From Tubiluchus corallicola (Eukaryota; Animalia; Priapulida), in contig JAQGDQ010000308.1 of assembly GCA_030141605.1 (NCBI GenBank), positions 218,158 to 282,157 on the forward strand: a DNA stretch of 64,000 bases, written 5' to 3'. Both the position numbers and the translations under genes were made by a program. Below are positions 54,401 through 64,000 of the stretch, in pieces. Every line of letters begins with the position of its first letter. The stretch's first letter is position 1. The notes beneath the pieces were generated by a model, which had not been told where the DNA came from, made no database searches, and saw only the letters and a program-made list of their open reading frames with translations.

Positions 54401-54536
54401 AATAATTTTGTTGTAAGGTTAAAATTTTGACTTAGAATTGACTAATAACTGGTACTGTTAATGCTGCATCTGTGTCTTCTGCACTAGTAAACACTAATTA
54501 GCTCACACTCTAAAAAAAAATTACAGAGCACAAGTA

Positions 54537-57500
54537 TCACTGAGGCTTTCGAATGTCATCAAAGAATTGTAATGACTCTCTAGCTTCTTTCTTGTATTCA
54601 AAAGTTGCTGGGTCGTAGTATGCACCCACATAATCTCCACGTTTGTACATCAGATGGCGCACTTGATTCTCTTGTTTTCTGAAAATGTTTACTATTCTGT
54701 ATTATAAAAATATTTCTGAATAAACAAAAGTTAAACAATTTGCAACTTGTGACGATGAAAACCTGAAAATTTAAAAAAAAATTGTGCAAGCATTGTACAA
54801 CTTTTTTATATAAAACTGAAAAGTTTTGTAATTATAGACTGCATAATTCAATAGCTTTCAACCATAGAAGAATTTTTTTAGTTATATCTATTTGCACACT
54901 GATCAAAATAATTTGTGTTTAGTTAATGGTTGGCTAATGGTTTGTTACTGGTCACTATACAATTAAATTTATTTATTTCCACTTTTTTTGAAAGCATTTT
55001 GGATAGCACGAGAAACTATAATACTTATCTGATAACTTGTCACCAGAGACTTGAACGCAAGTGCTCATTTTATGATATTCAGTCACGCCGTATAACAACA
55101 TCACTCCATTAGTAAAGTTTTAAGTTTTCATATTTAACTTAACACAGATTATAATTTGAAAACTTATTTTCTACCTGTGTCACCACAAATATTTTTTTGT
55201 AAATCTCTTTTCTGGAAAAACAACTTGCTTGCTTAAATTCTGTTTTACATATTATGCAGCTACTTGATTTAAATTGATTTTGCTTCTTACATAAATGGTC
55301 TTTTCTGTGCAAATATTTTTCAAACTTCCTAATGTAGTATTGCTTTAGTGCAGTTACATGATTAATTTGTGGTTTCTGCATTTTTCTCTTTTGCTATATA
55401 TTCTGTGCTTTATTAAATATGTTACCATTACATATAAAATGCAAAAAAACATTTAGTACTTTTTTGCTTTCTTCACCAGAGGATAACATATAGAGGTACA
55501 CTGAAACATCCTGTCTTTTCAGTTCATTCTTAGTAGTAAACTAAGTAAATCATTCTTGCTAGTAAATCACTCTGTGCACAGACCAATGCACGTAAAACAA
55601 CTGAGGTTACTCAAACTGCTGTGACAGATGGCTTTGCTTTACCCACGTCATGTAACGGTTGTAGTTAAGACGTATCGCTGTGGTATACTTAACCTATAGC
55701 AACAGTGTGTGCGCACAACTAAACCGTGAAAAGGCTTATTGAAAAGAGTACTTAACATTTAAAGAGTACTTAAATGTATAGAATGCTTATGTATGAGTTA
55801 TCATTCATGACGACAAGAAAAATCAAAGTTACAAAAATTAAAAGCAGCACACTGTGTGCGTGCGTATGTGTACGTGTATGTGCGTGTCTTGTTGTTACCT
55901 GAGATATGATCTTTCATCTTCCATTTTCAAACAAGACACCAGTCTTTCGTAATTATCATCTGTATCCCCATAAATGTAACGAGAGAAAAATCTCTCGATT
56001 GGATGCTGCATAAAAATTAAACAATCTGTAAGACATTCATAATTCAATCAAGCACTGCATGTCACTACATGTTATATGTGCTAATCAACAGAAAACAAAT
56101 TTTAGTAGTTTGGTTTTAAGCCACTCACGAAACCTTTTTACTAATGAGAAATGCCATGCAGTTTCACTAGTGTATGAGTCACTAGAGTACTGCAAAAAGA
56201 AACAATTAAAGACAAAATTTTTTCCTATAGTGGTCAAATTAAAATTAAACAGAGATTATAGCAACTGGATCTTTCACCCAAGGCCAAATCGTGACCTTTT
56301 GGGGCCCCTAGGCTAATGAAATTATGGCCCCTCCTCAGACGGAGCAACCCACTAACTCGTCCGCATGTCTTGAACATTGTTTGCTGGTGATATATTTTAG
56401 CAACGTTTGCACAGCTTGAAGTAAACTTATTGCAAATTCTTTAAATAAACTAGAACAGCTATCTTCTGTTTGTTAATAAAAATATCCTTTAAAAAATGCC
56501 AGTATTTTACTATTACTATTTATTGCAAACCAAATTAGCACATATTTCAGCACAGCGATAGTGAAAAACAGATTTTTTACCAAATGTTACCAAAGCTAGA
56601 GGGCCACCAAGCTTGTGAGGCCCTAGGCTGCAGCCTATACTAGCCTATAGGATAATCAGGCCCTGCTTTCACCTATCATTGCAATTCATGTAATTTTGAT
56701 TTTACTTTTCTATTGTAATACAGTGACATCCTTTCATAATTATGTGATTTTAAATGAGAATGAAAATTTTAATCCATACAGGCAATTCATACAATAATTA
56801 CAAAATACACTTGATATAATAGTATTTACTGCAGATATGTCAACAAGTTTCCAGATTTTCCGCAGCTGTCAGTCTGGTCAATCTAATTTATTGATACAAT
56901 GAACTACGTATAACTCGAACACCTTAGGACCAGAAAATTTGTTCGAGTTAGACAATGTTCATAAGAAAACAAGATTGAGTCACTCATCAACGTCAGACAA
57001 TACACTAGTAACAATACAGCTTGTGAAAATGACAAACTGAGCCTTTAATCAAATATCAAACGACAGTTTTATGAATAATCAAAAATAAAGAGACTGGTCC
57101 ACCTCTATGGTAGTCTGAGTAGCACGGTTAATTGAATACGGCAATATTATGATCTAGTTATTAATGACGTTCGTTAAACCATGTTGTTCTGCTAAGGTGT
57201 AACACAAGAATTCCTAGCATTTTTGCTGAAACTAGCAGTTAAAATTGTACTATGGTTTCCTGTAAGATTCGTTGCTTGGGAGGTTGTTTTGAGATAGGCA
57301 GTGTAATTTCAGTTAAGATTCTCGAAAATTGTACCGAGAATTTGGTTTGAGTTACACGATAATTCAAGTTACAGATTTCGATTTACACAATGTTGGTAAA
57401 TAGAAAATGAAAAGAAAAATAAGTTCCATGAGGTCTGTTCGAGACACGCAAGAATTCGAGCTATAACTGGTCGAGTTAGACGTAGTCTGCTATATTTAAG

Positions 57501-60500
57501 TAACTATGTGTAATGAATAATAAACATAATAACACTGAAAGGTTTTGTGTTGTTTATTTGGCGCCATTGGCAATTGGCCTTCACTTTACCTAACTGGTAA
57601 GCTTTGGTCCCAAGTCTAAAGTCCAAATAAAATAAATAAAAAAGTCTTGTCAAGTCCCAGTCTTAAAAGCAGCTTTCAAGTCATGTCCCAATCGAGGCAA
57701 TAACTCTGTTTTTGTCTTTGGAGCAGTGAGAAGAAGAAGGGTATGTAAGCTACCTTAAAGTACTCCCAGTGTCTTGGTTCATAACCTTCTGGTATTTCGG
57801 TTAACTGTGCAGGACCTAAAAATTGTAAGCAAGTATAATTAAACTGTTCAGCTTTTAAGAGCTTATATATATTATTGAGATACATTAAAGCACACTGAAG
57901 CCATACAGTCCGTTCTACAATCAGTGAATTTATCTTAAAGCACACTGAAGTCATACGGTCCAGTTCTACAATCAGTGAATTTATATTAAAGCACATTGAA
58001 GTCATACAGTCCAGTTCTACAACCAGTGAATTTAGTAATACTGTAATACTGTTCTTTATCTAGATTATTCTGTTAAGATCCTAACAATGTTTTATTTTTA
58101 ATAAATAAAATTTTAAACAAATTATAATACATCTTCTTTTCTACTTACCAATAAATATGTTACAATAAGCAATGATAATTCCCAATGGTATGACTCCTAG
58201 TAATACGTAAAAATGCTGAAACATACAAACATTCTAGAAGTGTAACAGTTAATAAAAAAGAATAATTATTAATAAATATATAATTAAGGGAAACTTCTTT
58301 TAAACCAGTTCGATGATGTTGCACAAAGTAAAGGGGGCTTGCACATTCTAGGCCATTTTCCTGTATTTTGCCTTGGACTCCAACTATTTTAGCAAGGCAA
58401 ACTAATTCCACTTTCCCTTAAATAACAGTTGCCGCCAACTTTCAAGTTTCAGCAAAAAGTGGTTATTATAATTATTACAACAACAGTTTTTGTCTGTCAT
58501 ACTTCAAAAATGTTATACTTGCAAAGCAACGCTTATATATAATGATAATAATAATAATAAATCTTAGTCAATGTCAGACGTCCTTATTTCACAAAAAGTC
58601 TAACTAGTTGAAACATCATGTTGCTTTAGCATCATATTAAAATGTAAGATTTCTAGAATAGCAGTTTAGACTAAACTAAGTTTAAACTAACAGTTACCTA
58701 ACTGTGATATTGCTCTTTAAAAGACAAGCACACAGAGCAAATAATCTTAAAAAACAGACTTACTAGTTCATTCTTAAATTGCTTCCATCCATACTGTGAT
58801 GGGCGTATTTTGAATAGTCGTTTATCACTCATCTGCCTGCATTGTGCTGTGCAAGAGGAAACAGAACAAATTATTAAATAGCAGACAAGTGCCAGTATAC
58901 TAAAGTTAAACATCAGTATTTATACCTGAAATATCAGATAGGAACCAAAATATGAAAATTAGGGAAAACTGCTTAGTCATACGAGTAAACCTCATACCGA
59001 ACCAGGCATGGTAAAGCAATAATTAGACTCAAGTGCCCTGCACACAGATCAGGTACTTATGAATAAACCGTGCTGGACCTGGCATACTCAAGTGATAAAT
59101 ATCGTCATTCAAGATTCTTGAGAGATAGTTTTATTCTGACAATACATACAGTATATAAACAAGCTATATGATCAAAGAAAGTTATAACAGTTTAAGAAGT
59201 CGCAGTCTTGCATAAAGTCCTGTATAAACTCTTATGTCTTATTTGACTGGTAAAACATATTATGTGATGATTTTAAGTTGTAAATTTTCAGGCAAAGTAT
59301 TTTTAATGTATTTTAGATGTTTTGTTAGCAATTTTTAATCTGTTTTTATCATAAATTTTTAAGTGTTGGAAATGCATGTAACATAGTACTATGTGTACTG
59401 AATTAAAAAAATAATGGCGTATTGTGTTACAAATAGACTTGAAACTTGGTATATGACAGGAAACTTGAAAGGTGGAATAGAGGCAAAAACATGGCAACAG
59501 TTATGATTAGCATAGGATGGTGAACGTGAGAGGAAAATTATTGGGAACAAGTAAAAAAGTTTCATGTTACTACAAGATTATTATGTTAAGTTTCAGCAAA
59601 GCTGCATAAATAGATAAGTTATGTCACTGACATTTTAATACTGCCATGGAGGTAAAGCACTTTCACTGTATTGTCCATTCTGTTCTAAGCAAATGACCCT
59701 GGAATCTGACAAATTGTCTAATTGCATCACTTGTCCTGCACTAAGGCAGCATATATTCGTTATTTCTTGCATGGTATCTTCTGTCATTTAGTTTAACGGG
59801 ATTAATGAAAAGCCCCGAAAAAGCTTGTTATATGATTTTACTATCTGAAAAGTACTATATCATTGCAATAATAATAATTGGTACCATAGTAGTAGTAGTA
59901 GTAGTAGTAGTAAATCTCCAGTAGTTATAATATAACTTTTGAGACAAATAGTTCTTCGACTGTAATTGCGACAAATTGCACATTCAATAGATTGTCATCA
60001 ACACCTAGGTGACTCCACTGGCAAGTTTTCTCACTATAATATATAATCCAGCATCCTTGTTATAGGCATGTTCCAATTAGCACGGTGATTAAATTTCAAT
60101 GGATGATGTTCATAGTGTCTATCTAATTTTGATTTAAATAAATTTACAGATGTTGCTGTTCTCACATCACAGGGCAATCTATTCCAGATTTCTGGCATCG
60201 TACAAGAAAAATAGTCGTATTTACCAGTTTTGTGTGCAGTTCTTGATTTATGAAGAATAGGACCTGATCTTGCTGTACGATGTACTTCTAATTTAACAGG
60301 ACAATCATCACAGCTGTAAACTCCAGATACATATTTGTATGCATCAATTAGTTGGCCACGTAAACGTCTAAAAGCTAATGTAGTTAAACCTATTCGTTTT
60401 AACTGACTTTCATAAGTCAAGTTCATTAGTTCCGGTAACATGTTGAAAGCTCTCATTTGGACAGTTTCGACTGGGTCCACTATATATGCCCTAGGACTAT

Positions 60501-63220
60501 TCCAAATACTACTTCCATACTCCACTTTTGATCGCACAAGTGCCACATATAGAAGCTTGAAAGTTTGCAGATCTAGGTACTTGAAATTCCTCCTTATTAA
60601 AGCATTGTTTCGTTTGGCATTCTTTATGATTTCTGCTATGTGATCTTTAAAATTTAGTTTATTATCAAGTAATAATCCAAGGTCTTTCTCACAAGCACTA
60701 AAGTCCAATTCTGCCGGAATGCCACTTGCATCATACATTTTGTATTTATACTCATATCCTGCTCCCACAGATACAACCTTACACTTGTTGGGATGGAACT
60801 GCATACCATTTTCAACTGCCCAATCACAGAGCCCTTCTAGATCCAATTGAAGATCATTACAGCTGGTAAAAGAATCAGATTCAGACCAGATTTTGCTGTC
60901 GTCGGCAAAAAGACGAAGAGAATTTCTCACACAACTAGGCAAGTCATTTATAAATACAACAAATAAACACGTACCTAATACCGAACCTTGCGGTACACCA
61001 CTAGTAATCAAGGACTCAGTCGATTTGTAACCATCAACACAAGTACATTGACTTCTATTTTCTAAGAAGTTTACTATCCACTGTAAAACTGAACCAGTTA
61101 TACCACAATTTTTAAGTTTTGCAAACAGAAAGTGATGAGGTACAACATCAAATGCCTTTTTCAGGTCCAGTAGTATTATATCAAAAGGCTTATTAGCATC
61201 TTTTAGCTCAAACCATGCATCGTAACATTGTAACAGTTGGGTAACCGTTGTTCTACCCTTAACAAACCCATGTTGTTCTTCACAAATAATGTTGTATCTT
61301 ATCAGATGGTTCATTATATGTTTCCGCATGATTTTTTCTGTCACCTTATTAATTGTATTTAGTAAGCTAACTGGCCTGTAGTTCGATGGATCTGACTTGT
61401 CCCCTTTTTTATGAATGGGAGTAACCTGTGCCACCTTCCATTGTTCAGGTAACTGACAATCAGCAAAAGACCTATCCAGTAAGGTGTATATAGGCTTAAA
61501 AAGCACAGTTCTACATTCATTTAAAATACGTGGATGGTAACTATCTGGAGCGGATTTGTTTACATTGAGATTTTGTAACTCATAAAGCACCTCTTCTTCA
61601 GTTATGGAAACATTGTTGATATCAGGATATTGTTGCACTGTAGTTACTTCATAGTCAGGAGCATTGGGACTGAATACACTAATGAAAAAATCGTTCAAAA
61701 TTTGTGCCTTCTCCTCTGAATCAGAGACAAGGATACCTTGGGAATTCTTCAGTGAATGAATTTTAGACTTTGGCTTCCGAAGCGCATTGATATACTGCCA
61801 GAATGCCTTGGGATTACTCTTGCAATTACTTGCTAAAATACGTTCATATCTTTTTCTCGCAGTAGTTATAAGGTTTTTCACCACATTACGCCTTGCAGCA
61901 TACCGTTCATAAGAAAATTTTGTTCTTCGTCTCTTCCAGTCAAAAAACAACTTTTCTTTCTCCTTAATACAGCCAAGCAACTGCTTAGTTAACCAAGGAG
62001 GCCGAGGTCGACTACTCTTATTACACGAACTTGGATAGAAACTAGGCACATATTCATCAACAACTGACATGTACACATTATGAAATTTTGCCCACATATC
62101 ATCAAGAGTAAGATTACTATTTAAAACATTAATCCAATCAACTTGGCTAAATGCATTACACATACTGCTGAAATTAACTTTGTTTAAACACATCTTCTTC
62201 TGAGGTAGAATTTTGACTGGCAGTACATTTACATTCAAACTAAAATGCAAGCACACATGGTCACTATTACCTAATGGTGAACTAGATCTCAAATATTTTA
62301 CCAAATCATCTTGCTCAGTAAAAACTAGATCAAGTAAAGATGGTTCATTTCCAATGCGATAGCGTGTTGCAAATTTCACGTGTTGAGATAACATGTTCAG
62401 CTCAAAGCATTCTAAAAACTCATTTTCCACAACATTATTGGAGAACTCCAATTGCCAGTCAATTCCTGGTAAATTAAAGTCACCCAGAATACAGATATTT
62501 GATTTGTGAGATTCACAGACATATGAAATCAGTTTAATAAGATTAGCATTATCACTGATTGTTGAGGACGGACTTCTGTATATCAGGAGAATACATAAAC
62601 TTTGATTCTCTTGAAGTTTAATTTTTACACCTACTGCACACTTAAAATATTTACAATGTAGTTCAAAAAAGTCAATACTCTGATGAACGTATATAACTAC
62701 ACCACGGCCACAAGAGTTATAAATAGGTATATTATAACCCGGGATTGTTAACTCAGTTTTGTCTATGTAATTTTCACCAGATTTAGAGTTCACTTCCGTA
62801 ATTACAACTACATGATAAATCGTAGAATCCTGAAATAATTTTGTAATTAATTCCTGTCTCTTGTTTAAGAATTGATCTGCATTAGTATACAAAACATTAA
62901 TGTTATTCCCAGACATAAATTCCCTTTTGTTTATAGAATGTAAATCTCTTTTGTAGTGATTTGAGCTTTTCATAAGTCACGCATGCAGATTTACTCATCA
63001 TTTAAGTTAGGTATCGAGTCTTGCATTCAGTCTTGTTCGCTATGATCAGAGCACAATTTAGTCACGAAAAACTGGGTGCGAACTTGTAATAACGTCTGAG
63101 TTACTTACTAAAAGATAGTCTTTGTAATGATGCGACATTAGTTTTATTAATTAATCCTGTGGGTTGCAGGTTTCGTAAAGAATTAACTGAGCCAGCTCGC
63201 AAAACACTAAAAACGACCAT
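54537..63220 (-). CDS. NDUFB5: NADH:ubiquinone oxidoreductase subunit B5 (SGDH), 190 aa, 6 exons
   Basis: Exons (minus): 63220-63109, 58846-58764, 58215-58149, 57815-57754, 56005-55899, 54678-54537, with matching phases. Presequence-like exon 1 (rich in R/S/L, no acidic residues), then KRLFKIRPSQY, a transmembrane segment, [31 protein letters not shown] and VRHLMYKRGD. Confidence 0.93.
56279..56665. mobile_element. hAT-type MITE with a perfect 8-bp TSD in an NDUFB5 intron
   Basis: ctttcacc|CAAGGCC ... GGCCCTG|ctttcacc, with subterminal ggccccc / ggccctaggct motifs. Confidence 0.85.
56897..57492. mobile_element. Tc1/mariner-type (Tigger-like) MITE
   Basis: Imperfect TIRs ..ACTACGTATAACTCGA / TCGAGTTAGACGTAGT.. 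with TA flanks and repeated ttcgagtta subterminal motifs. Confidence 0.7.
57884..58032. repeat. About 51-bp tandem repeat x3 in an NDUFB5 intron
   Basis: ttaaagcacactgaagtcatacagtccagttctacaatcagtgaatttat, three copies. Confidence 0.9.
59888..62990 (-). mobile_element. CR1-type LINE with intact ORF2 and (TAC)n tail, in NDUFB5 intron 1 (same strand as host)
   Basis: (AGT)n on the plus strand at 59888-59911, a short 3' UTR and an uninterrupted ORF. No room for a full ORF1. The 5' boundary is approximate and no TSD was recognised. Confidence 0.95.
60034..62973 (-). CDS. LINE ORF2: APE-type endonuclease + reverse transcriptase, 979 aa
   Basis: Endonuclease motifs YTNA, ITE, GRGVVIYV, IYRSPS, GDFNLP, LDLVF and SDH. 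RT motifs NYRPVSLL, QHGF, DLKKAFD, SGVPQGSVLG and LFADD. Confidence 0.97.
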   Translation of the reverse strand: MKSSNHYKRDLHSINKREFMSGNNINVLYTNADQFLNKRQELITKLFQDSTIYHVVVITEVNSKSGENYIDKTELTIPGYNIPIYNSCGRGVVIYVHQSIDFFELHCKYFKCAVGVKIKLQENQSLCILLIYRSPSSTISDNANLIKLISYVCESHKSNICILGDFNLPGIDWQLEFSNNVVENEFLECFELNMLSQHVKFATRYRIGNEPSLLDLVFTEQDDLVKYLRSSSPLGNSDHVCLHFSLNVNVLPVKILPQKKMCLNKVNFSSMCNAFSQVDWINVLNSNLTLDDMWAKFHNVYMSVVDEYVPSFYPSSCNKSSRPRPPWLTKQLLGCIKEKEKLFFDWKRRRTKFSYERYAARRNVVKNLITTARKRYERILASNCKSNPKAFWQYINALRKPKSKIHSLKNSQGILVSDSEEKAQILNDFFISVFSPNAPDYEVTTVQQYPDINNVSITEEEVLYELQNLNVNKSAPDSYHPRILNECRTVLFKPIYTLLDRSFADCQLPEQWKVAQVTPIHKKGDKSDPSNYRPVSLLNTINKVTEKIMRKHIMNHLIRYNIICEEQHGFVKGRTTVTQLLQCYDAWFELKDANKPFDIILLDLKKAFDVVPHHFLFAKLKNCGITGSVLQWIVNFLENRSQCTCVDGYKSTESLITSGVPQGSVLGTCLFVVFINDLPSCVRNSLRLFADDSKIWSESDSFTSCNDLQLDLEGLCDWAVENGMQFHPNKCKVVSVGAGYEYKYKMYDASGIPAELDFSACEKDLGLLLDNKLNFKDHIAEIIKNAKRNNALIRRNFKYLDLQTFKLLYVALVRSKVEYGSSIWNSPRAYIVDPVETVQMRAFNMLPELMNLTYESQLKRIGLTTLAFRRLRGQLIDAYKYVSGVYSCDDCPVKLEVHRTARSGPILHKSRTAHKTGKYDYFSCTMPEIWNRLPCDVRTATSVNLFKSKLDRHYEHHPLKFNHRANWNMPITRMLDYIL

Positions 63221-63444
63221 GTTGTCTGCAAAGTGTAGAGTGCAAACTGTCACAGTCTACAAAGGTGACCGACAGATGTCACTACGTTATTAACTACGTG
63301 ACGCCACCCAGCGGCAAAAAGTAGAGACGTTAGCTTGAGTGCTGCGTGATACTGTTTGATGTGGTTCAATGTGTTTAATTCTGGATTTGGATTTGGATTT
63401 CAACGCCTTTTAGTTTACTAACTTAGGAGAAGTGGTGCTAAAGC
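63221..63444. promoter_or_regulatory. Compact bidirectional promoter between NDUFB5 and SPAG7
   Basis: Only 224 bp between the divergent ATGs. CpG-rich, with CTCF-like CGCCACCCAGCGG at about 63303-63315. Confidence 0.75.
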
Positions 63445-63526
63445 ATGGCAGATCTGTTAGGTTCAATATTGGATTCTATGGAAAAACCACCGTCAGTTGG
63501 GGATAAGGAGAAAAAACTAGCTCGCG
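63445..63526 (+). CDS. SPAG7: SPAG7 (sperm-associated antigen 7, R3H-domain protein) coding exon 1; the gene continues beyond the window
   Basis: [27 protein letters not shown] followed by the donor GTTAGG. Matches the recalled SPAG7 N-terminus [20 protein letters not shown]. Confidence 0.88.
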
Positions 63527-64000
63527 GTTAGGTCTAGTTCACTTCATTAATCTATTCTAAGGCTCTATACCATTCTATGGTTTGATCATTGGTGATACTA
63601 CATGGGGCATTTGTGCTTTGTGGACGCCCGTGTACCGCCTCACAATGTATTGCAGTACCGTTTAGTCGTCTACCGTCTCGCCTTGTACTGCCTCGCTTTG
63701 TATGTCAGTGCTGTGTACCACTTGAATCACCGCAAGGTAGGGTACACAGCTAAGCGATACATGGCACTATAGTACATGAAAATGTCTTAAGCGGAAATGT
63801 CCTCTGTAGTGTTTTCATGTACAAGCTAAACCATGTCATTTTAATTGCCCATACAGCCTCATCTACCATCACTAACAAAATAAAATTATTTGTTACTTAT
63901 TAATGCCTCTAGATATTGCATCTAGGAGGATCTGAACATCACAAGTAGTAAAAAAGACAATCCTGCCAGTAAGTATAAGTTGATTTATGGAAGTGATTGC

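Noticed and set aside
51451-54536. Short ORFs (52761, 53108, 53862, 54141) as genes
   Set aside because: Low-complexity AT-rich translations with no motifs, in probable 3' UTR or intergenic DNA between convergent genes.
54598-54789. ORF-track frame or upstream acceptors (54762, 54715) as the last NDUFB5 exon
   Set aside because: They give an early stop or non-homologous sequence. The acceptor at 54678 gives VRHLMYKRGD, as expected.
60034-62973. Retron, DGR or group II intron RT system (RT plus a near-identical repeat at 37811-38768)
   Set aside because: The N-terminal APE endonuclease, CR1-type motifs and simple-repeat tail identify a LINE. The second copy is an ordinary 5'-truncated insertion, and its differences are not adenine-specific.

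Overview
AT-rich, intron-rich animal (invertebrate, probably bilaterian) nuclear DNA, not prokaryotic. I reconstructed four complete multi-exon genes by hand with consistent GT-AG splice phases. They are FoxJ2/3 (+, 10 coding exons, 2938-15263), NECAP (-, 7 exons, 35657-20359), PDE6D (+, 6 exons, 37208-51450, first intron U12-type) and NDUFB5 (-, 6 exons, 63220-54537). Exon 1 of SPAG7 (+, 63445-63526) is also present. NECAP/PDE6D and NDUFB5/SPAG7 are head-to-head pairs. Introns are packed with transposable elements: the end of a Gypsy-like LTR element, an intact 979-aa CR1-type LINE ORF2 in NDUFB5 intron 1 with a near-identical 5'-truncated copy in PDE6D intron 1, and many decayed LINEs. There are also Tc1/mariner-type and hAT-type MITEs, a 2.6-kb TTAA-flanked DNA transposon and a 46-bp minisatellite. 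The most notable observations are (1) a 167-bp tandem duplication in NECAP that could create a new in-frame exon plus an 89-nt intron, (2) the LINE-stuffed minor-spliceosome intron of PDE6D, and (3) a sense-oriented intact LINE ORF just behind the NDUFB5 mitochondrial-presequence exon. I found no strong evidence for a wholly new biological system. All calls come from reading the sequence, with no database searches.
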